A stretch of DNA of 64,000 bases from Escherichia coli (GTDB lineage Bacteria; Pseudomonadota; Gammaproteobacteria; Enterobacterales; Enterobacteriaceae), in assembly GCF_003334385.1 (NCBI RefSeq), contig NZ_QOWN01000009.1. One strand, 5' to 3'. The position numbers were made by a program, and so were the translations under genes. The notes below the pieces were generated by a model. That model made no database searches, was not told where the DNA came from, and was given only the letters and a program-made list of their open reading frames with translations. Shown here one piece after another: positions 1-17,469 of this stretch. Within the stretch, counting starts at the first letter, position 1, and every line of letters starts with the position of its first letter.

Positions 1-324
1 GTGTCTGCGCGTGCTGGTCAATATGGAATTATTCCCGGTTCGATGGGAGCAAAAAGCTTTATCGTCCGTGGGCTGGGAAATGAAGAGTCGTTCTGTTCGT
101 GCAGCCACGGTGCCGGGCGGGTAATGAGCCGAACTAAAGCGAAAAAACTGTTCAGCGTGGAAGATCAAATTCGTGCCACCGCGCATGTGGAATGCCGTAA
201 AGATGCCGAAGTGATCGACGAAATCCCGATGGCGTATAAAGATATTGATGCGGTGATGGCGGCACAAAGCGATCTGGTGGAAGTTATCTATACCCTGCGT
301 CAGGTGGTGTGCGTAAAAGGATAA
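1..324 (+). CDS. rtcB: RNA-splicing ligase RtcB, C-terminal fragment (5' end lies outside the window)
   Basis: Frame-1 ORF runs from window edge to TAA at 322..324; C-terminus recognised as RtcB; immediately followed by rtcA as in the rtcBA operon. Confidence 0.85.
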   Translation: MSARAGQYGIIPGSMGAKSFIVRGLGNEESFCSCSHGAGRVMSRTKAKKLFSVEDQIRATAHVECRKDAEVIDEIPMAYKDIDAVMAAQSDLVEVIYTLRQVVCVKG

Positions 325-1344
<1,020 letters not shown>

Positions 1345-1357
1345 TGCAGAGATGTAA

Positions 1358-1382
1358 GCCGGATCTGGCGCGTTATCCGGCT
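1358..1382. repeat. REP-like palindromic element between convergent rtcA and malT
   Basis: Imperfect palindrome gccggatctggcgcgttatccggc matching the E. coli REP family core (GCCGGATG...CATCCGGC). Confidence 0.6.
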
Positions 1383-1386
1383 AAAC

Positions 1387-4098
<2,712 letters not shown>

Positions 4099-4589
4099 TC
4101 ACTTCACTGTGGAAAATGAGGAAATATTATTTTTTTGCGCTTCGTAATTAATGGTTATAAGGTCGGCCAGAAACCTTTCTAATGCAAGCGATGACGTTTT
4201 TTTATGTGTCTGAATTTGCACTGTGTCACAATTCCAAATCTTTATTAACAACTCACCTAAAACGACGCTGATCCAGCGTGAATACTGGTTTCCCTTATGT
4301 TCATCAGATTCATTTAAGCAAGGGTTTCTTCTTCATTCCTGATGAAAGTGCCATCTAAAAAGATGATCTTAATAAATCTATTAAGAATGAGATGGAGCAC
4401 ACTGGATATTTTACTTATGAAACTGTTTCACTCCTTTACTTAATTTATAGAGTTACCTTCCGCTTTTTGAAAATACGCAACGGCCATTTTTTGCACTTAG
4501 ATACAGATTTTCTGCGCTGTATTGCATTGATTTGATGCTAATCCTGTGGTTTGCACTAGCTTTAAGTGGTTGAGATCACATTTCCTTGC

Positions 4590-4634
4590 TCATCCCCGCA
4601 ACTCCTCCCTGCCTAATCCCCCGCAGGATGAGGA
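4590..4634 (+). promoter_or_regulatory. MalT-box cluster of the malPQ promoter
   Basis: GGATGA-type MalT boxes in both orientations (tcatcc 4591, ctcctcc 4602, ggatgagga 4626) about 70-110 bp upstream of the malP ATG. Confidence 0.6.
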
Positions 4635-4678
4635 AGGTCAACATCGAGCCTGGCAAACTAGCGATAACGTTGTGTTGA

Positions 4679-7096
<2,418 letters not shown>

Positions 7097-7105
7097 GGAA
7101 GCTCG

Positions 7106-9190
7106 ATGGAAAGCAAACGTCTGGATAATGCCGCGCTGGCGGCGGGGATTAGCCCCAATTACATCAATGCCCACGGTAAACCGCAGTCGATTAGCGCCGA
7201 AACCAAACGGCGTTTGCTTGACGCGATGCATCAACGTACCGCCACGAAAGTGGCGGTAACGCCAGTCCCGAATGTCATGGTTTATACCAGCGGCAAAAAA
7301 ATGCCGATGGTGGTGGAGGGCAGCGGCGAATATAGCTGGCTGCTGACCACCGAAGAAGGAACGCAGTACAAAGGCCATGTAACGGGGGGCAAAGCGTTCA
7401 ATCTACCGACGAAGCTGCCGGAAGGTTATCACACGCTGACACTCACCCAGGACGACCAGCGCGCGCATTGCCGGGTGATTGTCGCCCCGAAACGCTGTTA
7501 CGAACCGCAGGCGTTGCTGAATAAACAAAAGCTGTGGGGTGCCTGCGTTCAGCTTTATACGCTGCGATCGGAAAAAAACTGGGGTATTGGGGATTTTGGC
7601 GATCTCAAAGCGATGCTGGTGGATGTGGCAAAACGTGGCGGGTCGTTCATTGGCCTGAACCCGATTCATGCGCTCTATCCGGCAAATCCGGAGAGCGCCA
7701 GCCCATACAGCCCGTCTTCTCGCCGTTGGCTGAATGTGATTTATATCGACGTTAACGCCGTTGAAGATTTCCATCTTAGCGAAGAGGCTCAGGCCTGGTG
7801 GCAGTTGCCGACCACGCAACAGACGCTGCAACAGGCGCGCGATGCCGACTGGGTCGATTACTCCACGGTTACCGCCCTAAAAATGACAGCATTACGAATG
7901 GCGTGGAAAGGTTTCGCGCAACGTGATGATGAGCAGATGGCCGCGTTTCGCCAGTTTGTTGCAGAGCAGGGCGACAGCCTGTTCTGGCAGGCAGCCTTTG
8001 ATGCGCTACATGCCCAGCAAGTGAAAGAGGACGAAATGCGCTGGGGCTGGCCTGCATGGCCAGAGATGTATCAGAACGTGGATTCACCAGAAGTGCGTCA
8101 GTTCTGCGAAGAACATCGTGATGACGTCGATTTTTATCTCTGGTTGCAGTGGCTGGCTTACAGCCAGTTTGCCGCCTGCTGGGAGATAAGCCAGGGCTAT
8201 GAAATGCCGATTGGCTTGTATCGTGATCTGGCGGTTGGCGTAGCGGAAGGTGGGGCGGAAACCTGGTGTGACCGTGAACTATATTGCCTGAAAGCATCGG
8301 TTGGCGCGCCGCCGGATATCCTCGGCCCGTTGGGGCAGAACTGGGGATTACCGCCAATGGACCCGCATATCATCACCGCGCGTGCCTATGAACCGTTTAT
8401 CGAGCTGTTGCGTGCCAATATGCAAAACTGCGGCGCATTACGAATTGACCATGTGATGTCGATGCTGCGTTTGTGGTGGATACCGTATGGCGAGACGGCA
8501 GATCAGGGCGCGTATGTTCACTATCCGGTGGATGATCTGCTCTCGATTCTGGCACTCGAAAGTAAACGTCATCGCTGTATGGTGATTGGTGAAGATCTCG
8601 GTACCGTACCGGTAGAGATTGTCGGTAAGCTGCGCAGCAGCGGTGTGTACTCTTACAAAGTGCTCTATTTCGAAAACGACCACGAGAAGACGTTCCGTGC
8701 ACCGAAAGCGTATCCGGAGCAGTCGATGGCGGTTGCGGCGACACATGACCTGCCAACGCTGCGCGGTTACTGGGAGAGCGGGGATCTAACGCTGGGCAAA
8801 ACCCTGGGGCTGTATCCGGATGAAGTGGTACTGCGCGGTCTGTATCAGGATCGCGAACTGGCGAAGCAAGGGCTGCTGGATGCACTGCATAAATATGGTT
8901 GTCTGCCGAAACGTGCCGGGCATAAGGCATCGTTGATGTCGATGACGCCGACGCTGAACCGTGGTTTGCAGCGCTACATTGCCGACAGTAACAGTGCTCT
9001 GTTAGGACTACAGCCGGAAGACTGGCTGGATATGGCCGAACCGGTGAATATTCCTGGCACCAGTTACCAGTATAAAAACTGGCGACGCAAGCTTTCCGCA
9101 ACGCTTGAGTCGATGTTTGCCGATGATGGCGTGAACAAGTTGCTGAAGGATTTGGACAGACGGCGCAGAGCTGCAGCGAAGAAGAAGTAG
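7106..9190 (+). CDS. malQ: 4-alpha-glucanotransferase (amylomaltase)
   Basis: 694-aa ORF starting 10 nt after malP; recognised as MalQ. Confidence 0.97.
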   Translation: MESKRLDNAALAAGISPNYINAHGKPQSISAETKRRLLDAMHQRTATKVAVTPVPNVMVYTSGKKMPMVVEGSGEYSWLLTTEEGTQYKGHVTGGKAFNLPTKLPEGYHTLTLTQDDQRAHCRVIVAPKRCYEPQALLNKQKLWGACVQLYTLRSEKNWGIGDFGDLKAMLVDVAKRGGSFIGLNPIHALYPANPESASPYSPSSRRWLNVIYIDVNAVEDFHLSEEAQAWWQLPTTQQTLQQARDADWVDYSTVTALKMTALRMAWKGFAQRDDEQMAAFRQFVAEQGDSLFWQAAFDALHAQQVKEDEMRWGWPAWPEMYQNVDSPEVRQFCEEHRDDVDFYLWLQWLAYSQFAACWEISQGYEMPIGLYRDLAVGVAEGGAETWCDRELYCLKASVGAPPDILGPLGQNWGLPPMDPHIITARAYEPFIELLRANMQNCGALRIDHVMSMLRLWWIPYGETADQGAYVHYPVDDLLSILALESKRHRCMVIGEDLGTVPVEIVGKLRSSGVYSYKVLYFENDHEKTFRAPKAYPEQSMAVAATHDLPTLRGYWESGDLTLGKTLGLYPDEVVLRGLYQDRELAKQGLLDALHKYGCLPKRAGHKASLMSMTPTLNRGLQRYIADSNSALLGLQPEDWLDMAEPVNIPGTSYQYKNWRRKLSATLESMFADDGVNKLLKDLDRRRRAAAKKK

Positions 9191-9199
9191 AGTGCGGTT

Positions 9200-9295
9200 G
9201 ATGCCGGATGCGATGCTTGACGCGTCTTATCCGGCCTACTAATTCATCCCGAATCGTAGGCCGGATAAGGCGGTCACGCCGCATCCGGCAGTCAG
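9200..9295. repeat. BIME: two inverted REP elements downstream of malQ
   Basis: gatgccggatgcgatgcttgacgcgtcttatccggcctac and inverted copy gtaggccggataaggcggtcacgccgcatccggc. Confidence 0.85.
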
Positions 9296-9300
9296 TGTTA

Positions 9301-10617
9301 TCAAATCACCATATTCAGCAGCAGACAGCCTACCAGACCGCACACCGAGATAATGGTTTCCAGCATCGACCAGGATTTGATGGTCTCGCCGATAGTCAGG
9401 TTAAAGTACTCTTTGAACAGCCAGAAGCCCGGATCGTTCACATGAGAGAAAATCACACTACCGGAACCAACCGCAATAACCATCAGCTCCGGGCTAACAC
9501 CCGTCGTTGCAATCAGCGGTGCCGCGATACCACCCGCAGTGATTGCCGCAACGGTTGCGGAACCCAGCGCGATACGCAGTACGGCAGCAATCGACCAGGC
9601 CATCAGCAGCGGAGAAATGTTGGTTTCGTGCATCATGGAAGCAATGTATTTGTCCACGCCGCTGTCTACCAGCACCTGCTTGAACGCACCGCCACCACCG
9701 ATGATCAACAGCATCATCGCAATGATTTTGATGGAAGAAACCAGCGTGTCGTTAATCTGATCCATTGAACGACCACGGTTTAGACCAAAGGTGAACATCG
9801 CAATCAGCACGGCAATCAGCGTTGCCATTACCGGGTCACCGAGGAACTCCGCTACCGGCAGGAAAGCGTGACCTTTCGGCAGGATCATTTCGGCAATCGC
9901 ACGCATCGCCATCAGTACTACCGGCACCAGAGAGGTCCAGACGCTGACGCCAAAGCTCGGCATCTCTTCTTCGCTGAAGGTTTTCGCGCTGTAGAGACCT
10001 TCCGGAATTGGCTTATCGATACCTTTCAACACGCGAGCGTAAACCGGACCGGCGAGAATCACGGTCGGGATTGCCAGAATAGTACCGTACAGCAGGGTTT
10101 TACCCATATCGGCATTGAAAATGGTGGCAATCGCAGTCGGACCCGGATGCGGTGGCAGGAAGCCGTGGGTCACAGACAGTGCAGCCGCCATTGGTACACC
10201 AACATACAGCAGTGGAATATTCGCAGAAGCCGCGATGGTAAACACCAGCGGCAGCATCAGCACAAAGCCCACTTCATAGAACAGGGCAAAACCAACGGTA
10301 AAACCGGTCAGTACCACCGCCCACTGGATGTGTTTTTTACCAAATTTGGCAATCAGCGTGGTGGCGATACGTTGTGCGCCACCGCAGTCTGCCAGCATTT
10401 TGCCCAGCATTGCGCCAAAACCCATGATCAGGGCAAGGCTACCGAGCGTCCCGCCGACACCGGCTTTGATGGAGCCAATAACTTTATCCAGCGGCATTCC
10501 TTGCATTAATCCAACAGCAAGCGCCACGAGGACGAGAGCGATGAAGCCGTTCATTTTGAAGCGGATCATCAGGAGCAACAACAAGATTACACCGATAGCA
10601 ACAATGACTAATGGCAT
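9301..10617 (-). CDS. gntT: High-affinity gluconate transporter (GntP family)
   Basis: 438-aa highly hydrophobic ORF; recognised as GntT. Confidence 0.95.
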   Translation of the reverse strand: MPLVIVAIGVILLLLLMIRFKMNGFIALVLVALAVGLMQGMPLDKVIGSIKAGVGGTLGSLALIMGFGAMLGKMLADCGGAQRIATTLIAKFGKKHIQWAVVLTGFTVGFALFYEVGFVLMLPLVFTIAASANIPLLYVGVPMAAALSVTHGFLPPHPGPTAIATIFNADMGKTLLYGTILAIPTVILAGPVYARVLKGIDKPIPEGLYSAKTFSEEEMPSFGVSVWTSLVPVVLMAMRAIAEMILPKGHAFLPVAEFLGDPVMATLIAVLIAMFTFGLNRGRSMDQINDTLVSSIKIIAMMLLIIGGGGAFKQVLVDSGVDKYIASMMHETNISPLLMAWSIAAVLRIALGSATVAAITAGGIAAPLIATTGVSPELMVIAVGSGSVIFSHVNDPGFWLFKEYFNLTIGETIKSWSMLETIISVCGLVGCLLLNMVI

Positions 10618-10636
10618 GATTTACCTGGCCTTTCAT

Positions 10637-10655
10637 TTGTTATGGGTAACGTCAA
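10637..10655 (-). promoter_or_regulatory. Candidate GntR operator (promoter-proximal/leader) of gntT
   Basis: ttgttatgggtaacgtcaa resembles the GntR operator palindrome (TGTTACCCGTAACA-like); gntT is known to have two GntR operators. Confidence 0.5.
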
Positions 10656-10774
10656 TTTTCTGACGACAAACTCTAATTATCCCAATCGGGAACAGAGATA
10701 TTGCGGCACCACGACTGATACCCACTAAAACTAATTATTGTAGTCAGATGTCAGGAGTATGTTTGGTACCCATG

Positions 10775-10793
10775 TGAATGATACGGGTAACAT
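10775..10793 (-). promoter_or_regulatory. Candidate GntR operator (upstream) of gntT
   Basis: Reverse complement atgttacccgtatcattca is a near-palindromic GntR-type operator, about 140 bp from the first site. Confidence 0.5.
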
Positions 10794-10917
10794 CTGGCGT
10801 TTGAGAATCACCAGAGCGGGGTAAATTTAAATTATGAGAGGTTGGTCATATTATCGCGGGGAAACGAACCGAGGATTTGACAAAGCAATGCTGCGCCAAC
10901 GTCTGGCATATGTTCAA

Positions 10918-10976
<59 letters not shown>

Positions 10977-11552
10977 TTAGTAGTAGGAGTGTTCGCCGCG
11001 CTGGTGTTCGGTGAGATCGCGCACACCTTTCAGCTCCGGGAATTCGTTCAGCAGCTGCTTCTCGATCCCTTCTTTCAGCGTCACATCGACCATGGAACAA
11101 CCGTTACAGCCGCCGCCAAATTGCAGAATGGCGTAACCGTCTTCGGTGATTTCCATCAGCGAAACGCGACCACCGTGACCAGCAAGCTGTGGGTTGATCT
11201 GCGACTGCAGCATATACTCCACGCGCTCCATCAGCGGTGCATCGTCTGCCACTTTACGCATTTTGGCGTTCGGGGCTTTCAGCGTTAACTGGGAACCCAA
11301 CTGGTCGGTAACAAAATCGATCTCTGCATCTTCCAGGTATGGTGCGCTTAACTCATCAACATACGCGGTCAGCAGGTCAAATTTCAGGGCTGTGTCGGTG
11401 GCTTCCACAGCGTCCGGCGGACAATAAGAAACGCCACATTCAGCGTTAGGCGTGCCAGGGTTAATCACAAATACGCGGATTTGTGTCCCTTCTTCCTGAT
11501 TTGCCAGCAGTTTGGCAAAGTGCGCTTGTGCAGCATCGGAAATACGGATCAT
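10977..11552 (-). CDS. nfuA: Fe/S biogenesis protein NfuA
   Basis: 191-aa ORF with Nfu-type CxxC motif ([15 protein letters not shown]). Confidence 0.95.
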
Positions 11553-11610
11553 AGTAATGGCCTAATAGTTGACTATTTTAGTTGGTTATAATACGCCCAT
11601 CATCGAGGCT

Positions 11611-13102
<1,492 letters not shown>

Positions 13103-13130
13103 GTGGCTTTTGAAATGGCGAGACAGAACT

Positions 13131-14009
13131 TTACTGACTCGCCGCAGCCAACTCTTCTTCTGACAGCCCGGTAAAGCGCATGATGTCTGCAAGAGGAACT
13201 CCGGATTCAAGCATTATTTTGGCTATATGCAGGGCTTTGGATTGTTCCCCCTCCTGCCGCAATCTTTCCGCAATAGTCATTAAACTCTCCTTGTGTTTCG
13301 GTGAACGTTCGGCAACGCCGTCGATAAAATCGTTAAAACGTACAGCGTCGCCAGTTTGCAGTATGTAATTAAACAGCCCTTTGATTTGTCTGTCATTAGC
13401 GTATCCACTACTTAATAAGCAGGCCATTTGCTCTACCAGCCCCATCAGGTCGCGTTGACGAATATGTTTTTGAATTAACTCCAGCAGCGCCATACGTCGG
13501 TGCTGCATGATTTCATCATCAGGCATGACGGTGACATCAATCAGCGGAAATGCGGAGGCATAAAGCTGCCTTGCCAGTTTGGGATCGGCGAAACAATCCA
13601 GCCAACACAGCGAATAGGGATAGGGGCTTTCAATACCGTGGTAAAACAACAATGGCACCACCATCGGCAACGTTTTGTATCCAGCATCAAGGTGATTTTG
13701 CATTGCGGCAATAGCGTAACGCATCATGCGAAATGCGATCAGTTTGTTTGAGGTGCTTTGATGTTCAATCAGACAATAGATGTATCCTGGTCCTTGTTCC
13801 GTTTTCACCGACCACAGCACATCGGAATAGCTTTCACGCAGATCGTCATCAATAAAGCTGCTCGACTCCAGCTTGAGGGTTTTCATATCACAAAGCGCGT
13901 GAATGGGTGCCGGTAAATGAAACGCAAGAAAATCACGAGCCGTGTCCGGTTGGCGTAAAAAGAGTTTGAACAGCGCATCGTGTGGGGTGGAACTCTGCTT
14001 TTTGCTCAT
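13131..14009 (-). CDS. rpnA: Recombination-promoting nuclease RpnA (YhgA; PD-(D/E)XK transposase_31 family)
   Basis: 292-aa ORF recognised as YhgA/RpnA. Confidence 0.85.
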   Translation of the reverse strand: MSKKQSSTPHDALFKLFLRQPDTARDFLAFHLPAPIHALCDMKTLKLESSSFIDDDLRESYSDVLWSVKTEQGPGYIYCLIEHQSTSNKLIAFRMMRYAIAAMQNHLDAGYKTLPMVVPLLFYHGIESPYPYSLCWLDCFADPKLARQLYASAFPLIDVTVMPDDEIMQHRRMALLELIQKHIRQRDLMGLVEQMACLLSSGYANDRQIKGLFNYILQTGDAVRFNDFIDGVAERSPKHKESLMTIAERLRQEGEQSKALHIAKIMLESGVPLADIMRFTGLSEEELAAASQ

Positions 14010-14152
14010 GGCGTTCCTTCACCTGTTGTTTGAATGCCGCGACTCTACGCGCCACTCCACACCTGTGTATTAGCGAGTTTTCATCCCTGCGAGATGCTTT
14101 CAAAGGAACTTACGCCGTGCTGCAAGAGTTGCATTTTTATGGAAAGCCGCAC

Positions 14153-14187
14153 GCAAAAAAGCCCGGATGCAGACGCATACCGGGCTT
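14153..14187 (-). terminator. Intrinsic terminator downstream of feoC
   Basis: Hairpin agcccgg...ccgggct with a U-tract on the minus strand (aaaaaa on plus at 14153..14158). Confidence 0.6.
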
Positions 14188-14211
14188 TCCAAAACAGGCG
14201 ATGGAGTAAGG

Positions 14212-14448
14212 TTAACGCAGCGCCCACCACTCGCGCAGACAGGCTTTTCCTTCCGGGCAGCTTTTACAACTGCCAGAGAGGCAGCCGTCAGGTTCTTCCT
14301 GAATCCGCACGGCTTTGCCCATACTTTCCAGTTGTTGCAGCATGGCGTTAATCATTGACTGTGGAGTGTTCAATGTCTGGCTTATCTGGGCCGCTTCCAT
14401 ACGGCCCCGTAACGCCAGCAAATCGCGCACCTGAATAAGTGAAGCCAT
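14212..14448 (-). CDS. feoC: Ferrous iron transport protein FeoC (winged-helix, Cys-rich)
   Basis: 78-aa product starting MASLIQVRD; Cys cluster ([15 protein letters not shown]); start overlaps the feoB stop. Confidence 0.9.
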   Translation of the reverse strand: MASLIQVRDLLALRGRMEAAQISQTLNTPQSMINAMLQQLESMGKAVRIQEEPDGCLSGSCKSCPEGKACLREWWALR

Positions 14449-16769
14449 TAATGGCAATCACCGGTGGTGCTGGCTGCGCAGCAACTGCTTACCGACTTGC
14501 GGGTTGCCAGCAGTTCGATATCCACCCGGCTACGCGCGCGGCGCAGCAGACCGATAACCACGATGTTAAACAGGATAACCGCCAGAATGCACACCAGGCT
14601 GTAAGTTGGATGCTGACTGTAGCTGGCGACCTGATAGAACAATGTTGCCAGTGAGTAAGCGATATTCAGCCCCCACAGGATGGAGAAGCCCATCCAGCCA
14701 CGGCTTGATTCACGGGCGATAGCCCCCATCACCGAGATACATGGTACATACAGCAGGACGAAAATCAGGTAGCTGTAAGCTGCTGCTGCGCTACCGAATT
14801 TCTGATCCATCACGCCCATCGCCCCGGTACCCATTTCGCCGTCGCCTTTGCTGGCTTCAATGGGGTTCATCAGTACGCTAAGGCTGAAGGTGTCTTTCAG
14901 GCTCTGCCAGGTTTCATCTATCGCACTGAACAGCTCTTCACCGAGGTTAAATTCTGCCGGATTGAACTCTTCGTCCTGAATATTTTCTGCGGTGTAGAGG
15001 GTGTTGAGCGTACCCACTACCACTTCTTTCGCCATGGCACCTGTAAACAGGCCAACCGTTGCCTGCCAGTTATCTTCATGCACGCCAATTGGCTTGAAGA
15101 CCGGGGTGATCACCCGGCTGACGGACGCCAGCGCCGAGTCGTTGATGTTATCGACGATTTTCCCGCTCAGCGAGAAGCTGTTGAAAGCGCTCAGGAAAAT
15201 GCTGACGATGATGATCACTTTACCAGCACGCAGAACGAAGCCTTTCAGACGCTGCCAGGTCTGGATAATCAGGCTTTTAACGTGTGGTACATGATAGACC
15301 GGCAACTCCATGACAAACGGCGTCGCTTCACCGCGCATGATGGTGTACTTGAGCATCAGGCCAGTCAGCACCGCCATCACAATACCCAGCATATACAGCG
15401 AGAAGACCGCCAGCGCACCGTTCTGCCCGAAGAAGGCAGCCGCGAATACTGCGAAGATAGCCAGACGCGCGCCGCAGGACATAAACGGTGCCATCATGAT
15501 GGTCATCAGACGTTCACGCGGTGCATCAAGCGTACGTGCACCCATTACCGACGGTACGTTACAACCGAAACCGACGATCAGCGGCACAAAGGATTTCCCC
15601 GGCAAGCCCAGCGCCTGCATCAGACGGTCCATCACAAACGCCGCACGCGCCATATACCCGGAGTCCTCAAGGAAGGAGAGGAACAGGTACATCATGCCAA
15701 TCTGCGGCACCAGTGGCAGCACGGTGTTAATGCCGCCACCCAGGCCCTGGGCGAGGAAGATAGTCAGCCAGTCCGGGAAGTGGAGCGTGTAGCCAATCCA
15801 TTGAATACCATGCACAAATAGCGCCACGGAGCCGACGTCAAACAGCGGCTGTAACGCCCCGCCGATGTTGATAGCCAGCAGGAACATCAGGTACATCACA
15901 AAGAGGAAAATCGGCAGACCGAGGAAACGGTTGAGCACGATTTTATCTACCGCAGTGGTGAAACGGCTGGGTTCTGCCGTCAGGGTGTTGCTTACCACAT
16001 CACAGATGGCAGCAATGCACTGGTAACGCGCATCGGCAATGTGCAGCGCCGGATCGTCCATCTCATTACGCAGACGGGCGAGGGCGGCATCCAGATGCTG
16101 CGACGCTTCACCGGCGTAGGCGCGGCTGTAGATATCGCCTTCCAGCATTTGCAGGCCCAGCCAGCGACGTTGTTTCAGCGGGATGTCGGAAGGCATCACT
16201 TTTGCCAGTGAATCTGCTTCGTTGAGCAGCGGCTGTGCGTAATGCACCAGTTCCACATTCTCGTTAGCTTTATAGCGATCAATCGCCAGCTTGAGCGCTT
16301 CAATACCGCGACCACGGGTTGAAACCAGCGGGATCACCGGACAGCCCAGACGCGCCGACAGAGCATCAATTTCAATACGAATATTTTGCTTCTCGGCAAT
16401 GTCGAGCATGTTCAGTGCCACAATGCAGGGAATGCCGAGTTCCAGCAGTTGTAGCGTCAGGTACAGGTTACGCTCAAGGTTAGACGCATCCACCACGTTA
16501 ATCAGCAGGTCGGCGTCGCCACTCAAAATGTAGTGACAGGCGATTTGCTCATCGAGCGAGGTCTGCGATGAGATGGTGGTCAGAGAATAGGTGCCGGGCA
16601 GGTCCACCAGCGTGACCTGATGATCGGTGGTGGAGAATTGCCCTTCTTTACGTTCGACGGTAACGCCAGCCCAGTTACCTACACGCTGACGTGAGCCAGT
16701 GAGCTGGTTAAATAACGTTGTCTTGCCAGAATTTGGATTACCAATTAAGCCAATGGTTAATTTTTTCAT
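14448..16769 (-). CDS. feoB: Ferrous iron transporter FeoB (N-terminal G-protein domain plus membrane domain)
   Basis: 773 aa from [21 protein letters not shown] (G1 motif); long hydrophobic C-terminus. Confidence 0.97.
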   Translation of the reverse strand: MKKLTIGLIGNPNSGKTTLFNQLTGSRQRVGNWAGVTVERKEGQFSTTDHQVTLVDLPGTYSLTTISSQTSLDEQIACHYILSGDADLLINVVDASNLERNLYLTLQLLELGIPCIVALNMLDIAEKQNIRIEIDALSARLGCPVIPLVSTRGRGIEALKLAIDRYKANENVELVHYAQPLLNEADSLAKVMPSDIPLKQRRWLGLQMLEGDIYSRAYAGEASQHLDAALARLRNEMDDPALHIADARYQCIAAICDVVSNTLTAEPSRFTTAVDKIVLNRFLGLPIFLFVMYLMFLLAINIGGALQPLFDVGSVALFVHGIQWIGYTLHFPDWLTIFLAQGLGGGINTVLPLVPQIGMMYLFLSFLEDSGYMARAAFVMDRLMQALGLPGKSFVPLIVGFGCNVPSVMGARTLDAPRERLMTIMMAPFMSCGARLAIFAVFAAAFFGQNGALAVFSLYMLGIVMAVLTGLMLKYTIMRGEATPFVMELPVYHVPHVKSLIIQTWQRLKGFVLRAGKVIIIVSIFLSAFNSFSLSGKIVDNINDSALASVSRVITPVFKPIGVHEDNWQATVGLFTGAMAKEVVVGTLNTLYTAENIQDEEFNPAEFNLGEELFSAIDETWQSLKDTFSLSVLMNPIEASKGDGEMGTGAMGVMDQKFGSAAAAYSYLIFVLLYVPCISVMGAIARESSRGWMGFSILWGLNIAYSLATLFYQVASYSQHPTYSLVCILAVILFNIVVIGLLRRARSRVDIELLATRKSVSSCCAASTTGDCH

Positions 16770-16785
16770 TGTTGTTATCACCGTA

Positions 16786-17013
16786 TTAACAGGAAACCGC
16801 TTCCACTTCTAATAAGGCCAGATCTTTTTTGCGTAATACCAGGCTCACACGACGGGTTTCGATATGAATGGGGTCGCCGAGTGGAGCGACGCGCACCACA
16901 TTAAAAGAGGAGCCAGGTAACATGCCAAGAGAAAGCAGTTTTTGGCGATATGCCGGGCTGATTTCACGGGAAAAGCCAGTGATTTTCCACGCAGTATCTG
17001 GAGTGTATTGCAT
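16786..17013 (-). CDS. feoA: Ferrous iron transport protein FeoA
   Basis: 75-aa ORF immediately upstream of feoB; recognised as FeoA. Confidence 0.93.
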   Translation of the reverse strand: MQYTPDTAWKITGFSREISPAYRQKLLSLGMLPGSSFNVVRVAPLGDPIHIETRRVSLVLRKKDLALLEVEAVSC

Positions 17014-17121
17014 AGGTGCCTACTTGTTTCTCATTAACTGGATAACTACCTCATGGGGCGTTTGACAGCGACATGAGACCAGATGATTTGCCAACAAAGG
17101 AGAGATTAAATAATCAACAAC

Positions 17122-17142
17122 ACAATGATAATGAGAATGGTT
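17122..17142 (-). promoter_or_regulatory. Candidate Fur box in feoABC promoter
   Basis: caatgataatgagaatggtt resembles the Fur consensus GATAATGATAATCATTATC; about 110-130 bp upstream of feoA. Confidence 0.45.
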
Positions 17143-17202
17143 TCTATCAGCAATACTTAAAATGTGTGCGAATGTTGGTTTGAATAATAATCTGACTCAA
17201 TG

Positions 17203-17216
17203 TTGATGTGGCTCAA
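17203..17216 (-). promoter_or_regulatory. Candidate FNR site in feoABC promoter
   Basis: TTGATgtggCTCAA, one mismatch from TTGAT-N4-ATCAA. Confidence 0.4.
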
Positions 17217-17342
17217 GGTTATATCGCAGCGAAAATATAATTCGAATAGTGAATTACCCGGACTGGCTAATGTTTAATTAAGGTTTCAGTTGTTAATGAA
17301 ATGATAAATATTGCCGGAATATATTATGAGTTTGGCTGTGGA

Positions 17343-17369
17343 ATAAAAATGCCGGAGATATTCTCCGGC
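17343..17369 (-). terminator. Intrinsic terminator downstream of tex
   Basis: Hairpin gccggagatattctccggc with minus-strand U-tract; about 100 nt past the tex stop. Confidence 0.55.
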
Positions 17370-17395
17370 ACTTTTATGTCAGGCAAGGCGTTCGT

Positions 17396-17431
17396 TGCCA
17401 GATGCGGCGTGAACGCCTTATCTGCCCTACG
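17396..17431. repeat. REP element downstream of tex
   Basis: tgccagatgcggcgtgaacgccttatctgccctacg, REP-family sequence. Confidence 0.7.
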
Positions 17432-17469
17432 ATTTCGTGCAAATTCGAACCGTAGGCCAGTACGGGCGT

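Noticed and set aside
9200-9295. Palindromic REP/BIME clusters (also 44574..44667, 52354..52391) considered as possible CRISPR repeats.
   Set aside because: Units occur singly or as inverted pairs, not as regularly spaced direct repeats with unique spacers; no cas genes in the window.
8397-9768. ORFs 8397..9284(-) and 9208..9768(+) spanning the malQ 3' end, the REP block and the gntT 3' end.
   Set aside because: They overlap bona fide malQ and gntT coding sequence and repeat elements; translations are Arg/His-rich nonsense.
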